A stretch of DNA of 64,000 bases, from contig OZ024741.1 in NCBI GenBank assembly GCA_964016885.1, positions 109,182,001 to 109,246,000 of the forward strand, read 5' to 3'. Source of the stretch: Eledone cirrhosa (Eukaryota). A model generated the notes under the pieces. That model made no database searches, had not been told where the DNA came from, and saw only the letters and a list, made by a program, of their open reading frames with translations. Position numbers and translations under genes: made by a program. Shown piece after piece: positions 12,440 through 26,559 of the stretch (positions are counted from its first letter, which is position 1; every line of letters begins with the position of its first letter).

Positions 12440-13085
12440 GGGCGGTGGATGGGCAGTATCGGTAGAGGGTCGGACGCCATGCTTTACAGCATAGTGTTAC
12501 GACTCTTTATGATCTGAGTTCAAATCCCACCGAGGTTAATTTGCTTTTCATCCTTACGGGGTCGATAAAATAAAGTACCAGTCACGCACAGGAGTCGATT
12601 TAATCGACTTTCCCCTCCCCCCAAATTGCAGGACTTGTGCCTATATAAGAAACCATTATTTTGATGGTGAACGGACTTGGATTGGCAGCATTGGTAGAGC
12701 ATCGGACCACATATTTTGTGGTATATAGTTACGGCCGTTTACTTTCTGAGTTCAAATCCCACCGAGGTTATCTTTTCGTTTCATCCTCTTGAGGTCGATA
12801 AAATAAAATACCAGTAACGCATTGGGGTCAATATAATCGATGTTCCTCTCCTCCAAAATTGCAGGCCTTGAGTCTAAATAAGAAACTATTATCATTTGGA
12901 CTGTGGTATGGCAAAATCGAAACAGCGTTACGTAAAACTTTTTGCGCCATATAGTTACGACTTTCTACGTCCTGAGTTCAAAAATCTCAAGATCAGCTTT
13001 GCCTTTCATCCTTCCGGATATATTCAACTCTCCTCCTTCCCGCAAATTGCTGACATTGTGACAATGCTGGAAAGAATTATTATTA
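12440..13085 (+). mobile_element. Three tandem tRNA-derived SINE copies (family A): ~12440-12660, 12664-12892, 12900-13085
   Basis: Repeated A/B boxes (ctgagttcaaa) and the central tttcatcct domain. Confidence 0.8.
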
Positions 13086-14100
13086 TTCGTCTTGTTTTTA
13101 TTGCGTGTCTGTATTGCATTATGGAGAACAGATCTGTGTGCCTTCAATATGTGCAAAGTTGATTTTGATGTTGTTTCTATTGTATTCAGAGTCCACTTCG
13201 TAATATGTGTGCAGTACCTAGTTGTGCTGATTTATGTATGCTGTATGGATTTGTAAGTCCTGGAGTCATGGTTATGTATCTGCTTGTATGTTTTTATCAT
13301 TCGCGGAGCACCTGCTATTGTGAGGATTGTTTCTGTTTTCATTATCAACACTCATGTTATTTCTGTCTACAAATGTTCATATTTTGGATATTTTCCTTGA
13401 TAGATATACTGTCGGCATACTGGATTGATATTGCAAATAGAAGACATGTTTGTGGTCTGTGACTAAAATATCTAATTGGTTCGCTCTGATCTCCCTGTCT
13501 ATATGTATTGACATATCTATGAAAATGGTTGCTTTGTCATTCTGACACCATTTCTGCTCTGTGTCTGTACCGTGTCCTTTCTATAGGTATTTCGTAGAGG
13601 TATCATAACTTCCAGTGTATGTAAATCTCAACTCTATCATCACTCAGGATATATATATATTTTTGGCTAAAACTGGGTAGCATATTTTTCAGTTACACTA
13701 TTCTGCTTCAAAATGTGTTTTTTGTGGTTTCTGATGGCAATGTTTGGTCTAATGCTGTAATTAGAAACCCTTCAGTGCTTCGCAGCAAGTTTTATTAAAT
13801 TTGTTTGTCCACTTCCTCCCTATTTATTTATTTCGAGTATTGGCTACATGGGGTTTTTCTTGCCATCGTTTTAGCATAGCATTCTGGGGATCTGTTTTCA
13901 ATTAAGATTTTATCATTTTCACAATTTATATTGCTGTTTTTACTGGGTCCTCATTTTCCTCAATTATATGTTATTTCAGCATCTGTTTAGAATTTGTTAG
14001 ATTCCTCGAAGACAGAAAATACTTTTTTTCTTTTGTTCATGTTTTGTGGCTGTTTGTATTAACTTTCCATTATTCTTCATTAGATATTACTGTAGTCCTA
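13085..14100 (-). mobile_element. Degenerate 3' part of an R4/Dong-type RLE non-LTR retrotransposon
   Basis: Minus-strand motifs GFLITALDQTL, TDREIRANQLDI, TCLLFAISI and IHKSAQLGTAHILR, typical of the RLE region. Confidence 0.7.
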
Positions 14101-14139
14101 CAGCAATAATAAAAATAACAACAATAATTAAAAAAAAAT

Positions 14140-15150
14140 TTGGAAAACGAGACATGTTTGTCTTAAGCAGCAAAAATGATCAAACTATAAGAAGCATGGG
14201 CTGACCTAGCCATCAACCACGAGGTGTTAGTAGAAACACAAAAACATCTTCCATATATAAATGTGTACCCACAAACACGAAATGAACGGAATCAGTGAAT
14301 CAGATCGGCGTAGAAAGAATACTGAATGAAATAATACCTGACATACAAAATGCTCGAGAGCCAGGCAGTATGCGAGCATTTCAATGCTCTTTAAGATTGA
14401 AGCCCTGGTCGTCAAACATTCTGTGGTACCTTGCTGGAGTGACCAGTATATTCCCTACCGATCATATTTAGTGAGAAAGCCGATAAGGGTCAGTACTTTT
14501 ATGATCCCACCAGAGGTGAATACCTCGTGGATATTGGACTTCATCGTCCTAGAAGGAAGCAACGCTCTTCTCGAAGTGAAACGAACCCAACAAGGAAACT
14601 AGGTTGGTATGAGATTTCTGGTGCTACTCCTCATCAAGCATACTACATCCATAAGATCCATCCCAGACCTCATTCTCCTTCCCATGCAATGGTAGAAGGC
14701 AAAAAGACTCTTTGCTATCTGCATTGGCAAACTGGTCTTTTAGGAGCTTTCTGTCACTGAAGAAAGGGAACCAGAAGGCCACGTACTGTCAAAACCAAGA
14801 GCCGAACAGCTAAAAACAATAACCGTAACATCAACAACACCAACAATAGTAGAGACAAAACCAGCAAATGCAGGAGTAACATAAACAGCAGAAACACAAA
14901 TAACACCAACAGCAGCAACAGAAGCACTCTCACTGCCACTAACCACAGAAAGAAAAACAACAGACATGAAAAACTCCAAGGGTGTTTGAAAACAAAACTC
15001 CTCCACTCGACCTTCGTCTCCTCTAAACTCAAACACACACAGAGTCACACAAACATACACACATCCTCAGCCACATCCGAGACAGACGCGCAGAAACCGA
15101 AGTTAAGATGAGAGAAAATCCCCCAAACTAAAAAACAAAAACAGACACAA
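14140..15150 (+). pseudogene. Degenerate L1/Tx1 ORF1 fragment
   Basis: QYASISMLFKIEALVVKHSVVP and MVEGKKTLCYLHWQTGLLGAFC align with QYGSVSVLFKSETLAQKHSVHP and LVEGKRPQCHKCGKITHLKAFC of ORF1 at 40657-41940. Confidence 0.7.
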
Positions 15151-15366
15151 CAACCAGCCATATACATTAGCTTGTATTTAACAACATAAACGCACGTTTT
15201 TGACTATGAGAAATAGTTTCCGTTCGTATGGGCTTATGTGCCCAATTTTGTTAGACTAGCATTCATATACTAAAACCTGTGATGAAGCTGTTAAATTTAA
15301 ACTAATATGTATTAAAAATTCATACCTTATTCAACGATTCTAAAACTACACACACACAATCAAAAA

Positions 15367-15670
<304 letters not shown>

Positions 15671-15849
15671 GCCACCACCACCACCACTTCAACTACCATA
15701 TATATAGAAAGAGAGAGTTTGTGATGAGAGAGATAGAGAGATTATGATTTTCTACACCTGACGCGTATGATTGTGCACATAGATACATCTATATGTATGA
15801 CTATAATCGCGCAAACACAAACTTATAAAAATACACTCTCACGGACATA

Positions 15850-16075
15850 ATTCACACAAATACACATACTTTCACACAAATATACATACATTCACACATA
15901 CTTTCACACAAACATACATACTTTCACACAAATATACATACATTCACACATATACTTTCACGCAAACATACATACATTCACACATACTTTTCCACAAACA
16001 TACATATATTAACACATACTTTCACACAAACATACATACATTCATACACATACATTTACGCAAACACACACATAC
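15850..16075. repeat. Minisatellite (ttcacacaaa..catac units)
   Basis: Tandem ~20-33 bp CA-rich units. Confidence 0.7.
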
Positions 16076-16204
16076 AGTCATGATAACGTTCGGTTTAATT
16101 GGAAATGGGATGGTAAAACAAGTATAACGTTTTATTTATTTATTAACTCTTTTTTAAACTCATTTAATATAATGGTTACAGAAGGAAAACCCTAACAAAT
16201 ATAA

Positions 16205-16678
16205 TCTAAACTATAATAAAGTAAGAAGCGCGGGACTGCGTACGGTTTATAATTTTTTATCCCATTAGTAAACTAAGTTGGATTACATTGAATAAATAAT
16301 GAATGAATATTACATAATTTATCTACTAAATTTCGTGGCTGTTCATTAAACATATTTTATTATTTATTTAAAGATTCACTTCTTTAAAATCTTCAACACT
16401 TCCGGTGGCGATCGCTTAAATAAACATATTAATTTTCTGTCACTAATTTTCTCCTAATGCAGTTTATATATAATATCGTTTTTTTTTTAATGTATAATGC
16501 ATTACGTTACTGATTACATAAGAGGGTGTAACGCAGTCTTCGTCACATTCTGTGTATATTGTCAATTACGATTTTATTTGACGTATCATATCTACATGTA
16601 TATATACTTGCGTATAATATCAATATACAGACTACACATGGCTAGCAGAAGACCACCCGAAGAGTGGTTTTCTGCTAG
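16205..16678 (+). mobile_element. Non-autonomous Helitron
   Basis: A|TC start (atctaaactataataaa). 3' hairpin accac-ccgaaga-gtggt followed by CTAG|T. Confidence 0.7.
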
Positions 16679-16714
16679 TATATATAATGTATAAATGTAT
16701 ATATATATACAATA

Positions 16715-17337
16715 CTAGCAGTGGTACCTGGCGTTGCACGGGATAAGGTATTTTGGAACGCGCGCCGCCAACAGACCTAATCGTGGAAAAACTGCATGCC
16801 TGGAAAATATGTAAAGAAAATAAACCGAATGCTCTGATGGCTGGATAATCTTTAATATTTTCCTCGATGAAGCAGGAAAAAGTCAGGTTTTCACCTAATG
16901 CGGCCCCTAGGGGATCAAGAAAATGAATTTTTTTTGTGTGCATAATATGCCTTGAAATTTCGGGAAAATCGGCTAGACATAACGCCTCAAAAAAGCCTTA
17001 AAAAACTGAAAAAATGAAGTTTAGACCATAAAAAGGTTGGATTTTCTTTGTTCTCGGTATGAAGAAGAGACTGACTAATACATAGTTACAGTTTCAAGGA
17101 AATCGGTCTGAGGTAACGCCTCAAAAACCCCCTAAAAGCTGAAAAAAACGGAGTTTTTCACCTAATGTGGGCCCTAAGGGATCAAAAAGTTGAATTTTAT
17201 TTATGTGCATAACACTCCCTGAAACATAAGTAATATACATGTAAAATTTGAAAAAAATCGTTTAGGTACTTCTCGGGTTTCACACACACACACATACACA
17301 ATACATACATACATACATACATACATACATACATACA

Positions 17338-17368
<31 letters not shown>

Positions 17369-17711
17369 GTAACTGCCAACTCGTTTTTGAGTACGGCCAC
17401 TACTTTATATCCAAGTAGGAGAACCCCTACCGATGCGCTGAACGAGTGTGACTTTTTAGTCCAGCCAGCGACTTGAAAACTCTGGTACAAACACTACACT
17501 TGTGACAATTATTGACACATAGTGCTGGGCCCATGGTACCATGTGACGACAAGTGCAGAGAGATTTCCAGATATAAAGCAATGCCTGTGCACATACATAC
17601 ATACATACATACATACATACATACATACATACATACATACATACATACATACATACATACATACATACATACATACATCCTTCCTCAGTTTTATATGTAT
17701 ACATATATAGA
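16715..17711 (-). mobile_element. Non-autonomous Helitron with an internal (CATA)n and a nested insertion
   Basis: Minus-strand 5' A|TCTATATATG at 17711; 3' GC-rich segment cccgtgcaacgccagg followed by CTAG|T at 16715. Internal ~130-bp subrepeats. Confidence 0.68.
17368..17590 (-). mobile_element. RTE-related 3' fragment with a C2H2 zinc-finger remnant
   Basis: CSVCTRVFKSLAGLKSH; closely similar to 54530-54755. Inserted in (CATA)n. Confidence 0.65.
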
Positions 17712-17719
17712 TTAAAATA

Positions 17720-17795
17720 ACAGATTAAAGTTTAAGCAAAGAATCGTTGCTTTCACCCTTAACGGGATCTTCTGAAACTAAACACATCAATCTGT
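17720..17795 (-). ncRNA. Second copy of the CAGAAGA hammerhead-like motif
   Basis: Reverse-complement homologue of 11796-11871 (homology extends to ~17900). Core, stem II and U17 are identical; stem III is gcaa/ttgc. Confidence 0.72.
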
Positions 17796-18272
17796 GAACG
17801 CAGAAGTAAATATTTCGTAAAACGATGCAACCGAAGAAAGACAAGAAGACGATACTTTGGTTTGTGAAGACGTTCCCTGGTAATGAACGGATAATAGCGA
17901 ACAAAATACGTCATCAATGTTCGTCAGAATGTCGTAATGCGGACAGCCAGGCATACAGACAGATATTATAAGAGCGCGACGGAGATCGATAACCGGTGCC
18001 TAACACCCCTTTAACAACAGAAATTGAAAAATAAAAGCTGCAGTTAATATCTTTAGACCGCAAGGAATATATAAATGCTAGTTTGAAGTCAATCGGAGTA
18101 GAAATGTGGATTTGTATAGACTTTGCAAAAATGAGAACACACAAACACAGACAACAACAATTTTATATATGGAGATAATATATATCATATATGTATCTAC
18201 ATTTTTAGTAATTATCTACGTATATTTACATATTTATACAAACTTATACATATATATATATTTGTGTGTGTA

Positions 18273-18371
<99 letters not shown>

Positions 18372-19006
18372 GTTTGTGCGCGCACGTGTGTGTGTATTTC
18401 TGCATTAACTGTACTTGTGTAAAAGCGTTGTTAGAGAATTCCAAACACATTTTCTCTCTAGATAGGATATATAATATTGATTTCTTGTTCATGCGTTACT
18501 ATATATCTTCTGGAGGTACTTTAGTGTACTCAAAGGAATATCTGTATTAACGTATATGCTTGTGTCCATCGGTTCATTTATTTTCTTAAAAGTTTTTAAA
18601 TGTTCGTAGACATATATGTATTTAGAAATACTTGTCCATGTATATATGTCTGCTGTTTAATGTTATTTTACGCAGGTGCTGTTTCTTTGCGTTGCTAGTC
18701 GGTGTGTCCCACTATTCACGTATGTTCAGGCGAAACTTTGGGAAACTAGCAAGCCAGCGTTAAAAATTAAGTTCAGTACGGACGGATATCACATGTTGAG
18801 TTTGTTCAAACTCGAATTTCAATACAAATACATGCTATCTTTGAATAGCAGCGAAATCATTGTCCTTCGAGATATATTCACACATACACACACACAGATT
18901 CACACATTCACACACACGCACATACACATACATATTTATATATATACATACAAACACACACACATACACATACATATTTATATATATACATACACATACA
19001 CACACA

Positions 19007-19162
<156 letters not shown>

Positions 19163-19192
19163 AGAATCAAAGCTATGTTCAAAGCATTTATT

Positions 19193-19239
19193 AACTTACA
19201 ATTGTTTCATCCAAACCTAGGCTTGGTGTCTTCGGAGCA
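19193..19239 (-). ncRNA. Hammerhead-like motif, variant core CCGAAGA (3' pseudo-LTR)
   Basis: Minus strand: tgct-CCGAAGA-caccaagcc ta ggtttggat-GAAAC-aatt-GTA-agtt, then AATAAA. Confidence 0.62.
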
Positions 19240-20394
19240 TGTTTCAATGTTTGTACACATGATTGACCTCCTTTCCAACGCAAGAGACATACAGATACTA
19301 CATATGTATATTGATGTACAGTGGAGTGACATATATTATATTATATTACTTCCGTATAGCAATTCAAATTCAATGTCAAGATCAATATCAAAATTAAAAC
19401 AAAATTAAAATTAAATTAAATTATTTTAGCTTATTGCGGCTCAGTGTTCTTTAATCCAATTTTATAGGGTAGGTTGTTTCCGTTGCGAGAATTTACATCG
19501 GTTTATTTTCCGGAAGTATGTGTGTAATTAAGGGTGGTTAATGCGTAAGGGGAGGTAACTAGCTGATTTCCATAACTAAATTCATTGTTCTAACATACAT
19601 TATAAGGTGTCTCAATTGAGTCCCTTCTATAGACGGTTATATATATCAAGTTTCCAATTTTAAACACAGTCTACTCTATCATGATGTACTAAAGGTATTT
19701 ATATTAGGATGATTACTCCCTATCATAGAGTGCTACAACTGGATATTCCATACAAAGAGCCACATCTTTATATCAAAGTTCCTTGCAAATGTAGTCTACT
19801 CACAGAACATGTCAGGGGACCTATTAGTATTATGTCTACATAACCCCTGGTAAGTTCTGTAGCAGCGTATGGCTGTTTGCATGGCAAAGCCAAATACATC
19901 TCTATGGCAGACAAAACCATCCCTCATTTACAATGACATTAATCTATCCCTCAAGTTGTACCTGCATATATAACTCACTTCCCATTCATACATAGTTCAT
20001 TGCACTCAACATATAGGTTATACAGATCTCTTATGTTAATAAATTAATCTTATATATATCCAATGTTATCACTCCATACATACATTTGCATAAATAATAC
20101 ATTGTCAAATTTGGTGTTTAAAGCTTATATAGACTGCATTGTATAATTATAAGTGATACCCCACGGACACCCACCCCTAGTATAACCACCCCCCAACTAC
20201 TATATAATTATAAGCAGTTGAAAGTAATTACCCCAAAAGTAGGTGCTCATGGGGATATTTCTAGTGTATAAAGTTATAGACAGATGGAATGATTTGTGTT
20301 GAGATAGGGTGGATCAGAGAGTGTGGAGTTGTGGTGTAACGTGTGCCCTTGAGGTGTAGTGTTAGAAGTGGTGATGGGTTCAAGTCTGACATTG

Positions 20395-22835
20395 TTATAT
20401 ATTGGGTTTAAAGTTTTGGAAGGAGTGTCGGAAGCGGTGCTGGCACGACGCAAACACTTCCGATTTTTTTTATTAAGGAGGTTATGGTTTGAGAAGATTA
20501 TAGTATGGGTCTCTAGTAGACAGAGGTTGCAGAATTTATTAGGTGGTTTTTACGATGCCGCTTTACCTATCACTTCCCATTTAAGTGTATAAGATCTATT
20601 TTTAGTTTTTAGATAGAGTATGTAGCTAGATAGTGAAGTGGAGTTGGCTAGACTGTGTTTTTTGAAAGAATGGAGGTGTTAATTGTATCTGGTTTTGAAG
20701 CAGTTCGAAGTAGAGCCTATATAGGTTTCAGAGGAGTTGCTAGTTATGACGGTGCATGAGTATATGATGTCCTTGATTAAGCAGTTTTTATCTAAATGGC
20801 AGGTTCTATTAGATCTACAGTTACAATTATTTTGGATGTTAACCTGCCGGTTATGTTGTGTAGAAGTCCGGTTGCTAGTTATTGCATTATGGCTATGAGG
20901 GTTGTCGCTCCCAGTGTTATTCCTTACACTAGTGCTATTACTATTATTATTATTGATATCAGGGTTTGTAGATATAGCGTTGTTTAGAAGGTTTACCTCC
21001 TGCCGTGTTTTAGTTTGTTGGAAGTAAGTATTAATGTTTCTTTTATTGCTACTAGCTATGTGGTATGCTATGTTAGGCGTGTTAGAGTAGGAGATTTTAA
21101 TTGTGTTTTTGTTTATAAGACTACGGTACTTGTGGCCAGATGGGAAGTTTTTACCCAGGAGTGAGAATAAAGCCTTAGGTAGGTTGATAGAGACGTTTAG
21201 ATTGAAAGGTGGGTTGAAAAATGTATTATTTCTTCTTCTATTTTTGTTTTTTATGTCTGGTGCGATGCTTCCATTTATGGTATTTTGGTGACTTCTGTGG
21301 TGTGGGTTACGTTTGTTGTCACCCTTCGTACTAGTGTGTGTGTGGTTATTACTCTTATTACTATTTTTTCTCATGGACATATTGTGCGATATAATGTTGT
21401 AACTATGTGTTCTTGTAGGTAGGAACTCGATCTCATTAGTATGGCCTGATCTAGCTAATGCCTGATTATAATATTGAGTTTTTGCTAAATATGTTTTCGT
21501 CATAAGATAGATTAGAGATTCTATTGGATATTCCCTTAGAGATAGAGTTTAATATTGATCTAGGGTGGTTAGACTTGGTATCTACGTAAATCAGTTTTTC
21601 GTTAGGTTTATGGAATGGTGTATATATCCTAGAGTCTAGGTAGAGGGTGGCATCTAGGAAGTTAACGTTTTTAGTGTTTTTGTCTATGGTGATAGTTAGG
21701 TTATAGTTTTTGAAAGTCTTGTGCAATAGTTTTCTAGTTCTTTCTATATTAAATTTTGTATAGTCTATAAGGAGAAGTGCATCATCGCGGTACAAACCAC
21801 CGTTGAGGTATGGAAGGTCCTTATGGATTTCGTTTAGTAAATATAGGCCCACCAAATCAGTGACCTGCGCCGAGTCACTAGATCCCATGGTTATGTCAAA
21901 GTTGTTTTGCGTATCCTTGCGGATCCATAACTGGTCTTCAAAAGTGATTACGGTTTTACGGGCCGCAAGTATGACATCAATCTGGGGTCTAGTCAGGTCA
22001 CTATTGTTCATGGCCATAATTAGTGCCTTATTTAATAGGATAGGAGAAATAGAGCTGTAGTATGAATTGATATCAAATTGAATAAATTTTTTATCTTTGT
22101 TTACCTTGATATCCTTGAACCATTCAATAACTTCACCTGTATTTCCCTATTGTTTAAGGTATATTTTGTGTTTAATCTGTGGGATGATTTTATCTAAAAT
22201 GTTCTTACTGATAATGCCAATATCTGACTTGGAAGGGCAGATTAGTCTAATCGAGGGGTTGCTAATGAATTCCTCCTTATGGTCTTTCAGAGAGAATCTA
22301 GGGGGGTTTGGGGTGTATGGTTGTGTATGTCTCTGAAGTCCTAGTTTGGACACTATACTACGGCCTTCTATATTAATTTCTTCTAAGTTTTTCATAGTAG
22401 TTTTCTTGTAGCTCTTATGTAGTTCATTATATATAAACTTTCTATATGTATTATAACCTAGGCTGTATATGTTATTAGTTTTGTCCGCATGTACAATAAT
22501 TTTACTACTTGTTTTGAATTCATTAATAGAGGTGTTAAGTTTGTTTAAGAAGGTGTTGTTTTTATTGCGATGTTCTTAACTAGTTTTATTAGATCATTTT
22601 CAAGGGAGTTTAGAAGTGTGTTGTGAGGGGGGTTTCTAAAAGTTTTAAAGCCGAAGGAGTCGAATTTGTTAGTATTATCAACTTTGTTAGATTTGCTCTT
22701 ATCATAATGGAATGTCCTCCATCTCACCCTATTGATAAAGGAGTTGACACTGTTGATCAATAATTTCTCATATGTATTCTTGGATGGTATTGGTATGTTC
22801 TTGGCTGATATAGGGAGTTGGTCTTTGATCAGCAT
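20395..22835 (-). pseudogene. Disrupted PLE RT plus GIY-YIG ORF (Naiad-like)
   Basis: Pieces SAKNIPIPS..RVRWRTF, KDHKEEF..IRLICP, GGLYRDDALL, CNCRSNRTCHLDKNC and ETYIGST, separated by frameshifts and stops. Confidence 0.9.
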
Positions 22836-23085
22836 ACTGGTAATTTATTGTATGTTAGCTCAACAGTATGGAGCAGTTAATAATATTAAGGATACTATTT
22901 ATGGTTATGTATATACTAAAACTTTTTATAGTTATATATATTTTCAACCCTAAACAGTGAAGGTCAGTAATTAATTGCTACCTTATTATCAGTAAGATAA
23001 ATAGCTCAATGTAATAACATCAGTTGTTCTACAGAGCAGTTATATAGAATTCACAAGAATCAAAGCTATGTTCAAAGCATTTATT

Positions 23086-23132
23086 AACTTACAATTGTTT
23101 CATCCAAACCTAGGCTTGGTGTCTTCGGAGCA
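23086..23132 (-). ncRNA. Hammerhead-like motif, variant core CCGAAGA (5' pseudo-LTR)
   Basis: Identical to 19193-19239. Confidence 0.62.
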
Positions 23133-24749
23133 TGTTTCAATGTTTGTACACATGATTGACCTCCTTTCCAACGCAAGAGACATACAGATACATATGTATA
23201 TATTGATGTACAGTGAAGTGACATATATTATATTATATTACTTCCGTATAGCAATTCAAATTCAATGTCAAAATCAATATCAAAGTTAAAACAAAATTAA
23301 AATTAAAACAAAATTAAAATACATTCGGCAGTTAACATAGATAATGCAAGAGGATAGTTTGTTAGTCAGATGTAGTAGTTATTGTATGCGTTAGTTATGT
23401 GTGTCTCATTTATATATGATTATTGTGTGGCAGGGTGTTACATGTAATACAAGCACTTTTCGTGGGTAAGTAAGAGTATTATGGAGGTTGCAGTGGTAAG
23501 GTATTTTTTGTATATGATAAAAAAGTATGTGCGCAGAAAAATAGAAATAGAAAGGAGAAGCAAAAGAGAGTTATGGTTTTCGTATCCACCACCATTTTCA
23601 CATTCAGGTAATGTAATAAATAGTTTATAAATCCATCACATAATTAACGCTGATTCTGTATTGGATGTTTGATGCATTAAATTAAATTATTTTAGCTTAT
23701 TGCGGCTCAGTGTTATTTAATCCAATTTTATAGGGTAGGTTGTTTCCGTTGCGAGAATTTACATCGGTTTATTATCTGGAAGTATGTGTGTAATTAAGGG
23801 TGGTTAATGCGTAAGGGGAGGTAACTAGCTGATTTCCATAACTAAATTATTGTTCTAACATACATTATAAGGTGTCTCAATTGAGTCCCTTCTATAGACG
23901 GTTATATATATCAAGTTTCCAATTTTAAACACAGTCTACTCTATCATGATGTACTAAAGGTATTTATATTAGGATTATTACTCCCTATCATAGAGTACTA
24001 CAACTGGATATTCCATACAAAGAGCCACATCTTTATATCAAAGTTCCTTGCAAATGTAGTCTACTCACAGAACATGTCAGAGGACCTATTAGTATTATGT
24101 CTACATAACCCCTGGTAAGTTCTGGAGCAGCGTATGGCTGTCTGCATGGCAAAGCCAAATACATCTCTATGGCAGACAAAACCATCCCTCATTTACAATG
24201 TCATTAATCTATCCCTCAAGTTGTACCTGCATATATAATTCACTTCCCATTCATACATAGTTCATTGCACTCAACATATAGGTTATACAGATCTCTTATG
24301 TTAATAAATTAATCTTATATATATCCAATGTTATCACTCCATACATACATTTGCATAAATAATACATTGTCGAATCTGGTGTTTAAAGCTTATATAGACT
24401 TTATTGTATAATTATAAGTGATACCCCACGAACACCCACCCCTAGTATAACCACCCCCAACTACTATATAATTATAAGCAGTTGAAAGTAATTACCCCAA
24501 AAGTAGGTGCTCATGGGGATATTTCAAGGGTATAAAGTTATAGACAGATGGAATGATTTGTGTTGAGATAGGGTGGATTAGATAGTGTGGAGTTGTGGTG
24601 TAAGGTAGCCCTTGAGGTGTAATCCTATATATATCCAATGTTATCACTCCATACATACAAATACATTTGCATAAATAATTCATTGTCGAATCAGGTGTTT
24701 AAAGCTTACATAGACTGTATTGTATAATTATAAGTGGGGTATCACATAA

Positions 24750-26215
24750 CATCATCTAATGTAGCTACCAACATCCCTAAACGCTTCTTCTCCATCCTAT
24801 CTAAACACCACCACCACCACCCCCAACCATAGATATTACAAGCTCTTTAATAAAAACAATATTAAAATCTCCTTCTCCACTACACCGAACCTAGCTAGCC
24901 ACATCGCATTTAGCAACTTTCATAAAGTAAAAATATATAACTCCCCCCCTCCCTGCGACACCCCCCCCATAAGTACTCCACGTAGCCGTACCAATACTCA
25001 TCGTAAAAACAGAACACCCCCCCCCCCTCCAATACCACTAGTACACACCAGCCGCATAGTTTAAACAACCCTACTCCTACTAATCGCAACCGTAAATGCA
25101 GCTGCCGTAACCCCACTGCGTGCCCGCTTAACGGCCAGTGGCTTACGTCCAATATCGTATATAGGTGCAGGGTTAGAACGGCCTCATCCACTAGCTCTTA
25201 TATTGGCTCTACATCAAACCCCTTTAAGGTTCGCTATAATGTGCACTCATTTTCCTTCCGTGACCCTAGCAATAGATGCTCAACTTCTCTAACTAGGCTC
25301 ATTAAAAACCTTAGACTAGCCAACATTGAACATTCAATAGCTTGGGATATCTTAGCTAGATCTCCTGCATTTAATGGGAGAAAACACTCTTGCGATATCT
25401 GTCTTACCGAGGCCTATCACATAACTTTGTCAAGGCCATCCCCCGTCAATGACAGGAACGAGTTGGTCATCAACTTCCACCACCGCAGAGCGAGTTCCTT
25501 CGCCAACAGAATATTCGACCCAGCTTAGCCTAATCTTTAGTCATGCCCCTCCCTAAAACTAACAAATTAATGACATCATTAGTCCACCACATAAGCTTCC
25601 ATATAAGTTGCTTCCCTTGCATTATCTTAGCTACAAATCCCACTGCAACTATACCTATAAGCTACCTCCCTACCCTACCTTGGTTACCGCTCCTAGTGGG
25701 ATTCTTGGCTCTCCAAGGAGTTACCTCCCTAGAAACCCATCTCTATACAATAAGATAGTTTTCCTACAAGAAGCCATTTTGGTATGTGATGGGCAGCAGT
25801 GTTTACCTTCAGCCTCGACAGACATCTAATGTTTATTTATACCATTCACATGAAATTCTCCAGTGCCAAGGTGCCCCATCTAGGGAGTTGCTAATCTGAG
25901 GATTCTTTACGGACACGTAACCCCCCCCCCCCCCATTTTATTTTTATTTCATTTTTATTATTATTTCTGCTTTATCTAGTTATCTTTCCCCAAGTTCCGA
26001 AGATCTGCTCCATAATATTATTCTATGTTACTTATATTTCTCTGCACCAAATCAATAACTTTCTTACCATCGATTGACCCAGAAACATTATATGGAGAAA
26101 CAATTGTAAACTGACATTACTATCCCCTTTCGATATTAAACTGCACTTAATGTTGATACTCTGTGACTAATATATTCCATGTGAATTTGTGGTCTTGATT
26201 TGCTTAACTACTGAA
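24750..26215 (+). mobile_element. 5'-truncated PLE (RT C-terminus plus GIY-YIG to 25528, then 3' tail)
   Basis: KLFNKNNIKISFSTTPNLASHIA, CSCRNPTACPLNG, IVYRC..SYIGST, WDILARS..CDICLTE. Confidence 0.85.
25993..26112 (+). ncRNA. Hammerhead-like motif, core CCGAAGA, very large stem II insertion
   Basis: agtt-CCGAAGA-tctgctccataat..(~70 nt)..attatatgga-GAAAC-aatt-GTA-aact. Confidence 0.6.
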
Positions 26216-26262
26216 TATATATATATATTAACAAATGGAAACTATATTTATAAAAGCATATT

Positions 26263-26328
26263 TATTTCATTATACATATTTCAAGGGCCACCAAAGCAAA
26301 CTATGGTGGGCTTTCATCAGATAAAATA
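26263..26328 (-). ncRNA. Type I hammerhead ribozyme
   Basis: Minus strand: tattttat-CTGATGA-aagcccacca..tggtggccctt-GAAA-tatgtaT-A-atgaaata, with overlapping AATAAA. Confidence 0.82.
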
Positions 26329-26559
26329 TAATATAGGTTAGTTTTATAAATAAATATTGACATACCCTTAAAAAATGCAACCATTCTGGTTGGAATCTCC
26401 TGGATATATATATATATATATATATTACCATAACAGAAATACGATGAGCTTATGATTACGGAGTCGGCCCCGAATCATACAGTTCGAACTTTGAGCTGAT
26501 CAATCGGGGACGCGCGTCACACCTCACTAAATGTAATGAAAAGTTAACACCTCGTCGAT

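Noticed and set aside
12440-12530. tRNA genes at SINE heads
   Set aside because: A/B boxes are present but there is no proper cloverleaf, and they continue into the SINE body.
15850-16075. CRISPR-like periodicity
   Set aside because: Tandem CA-rich minisatellite without unique spacers, in eukaryotic DNA.
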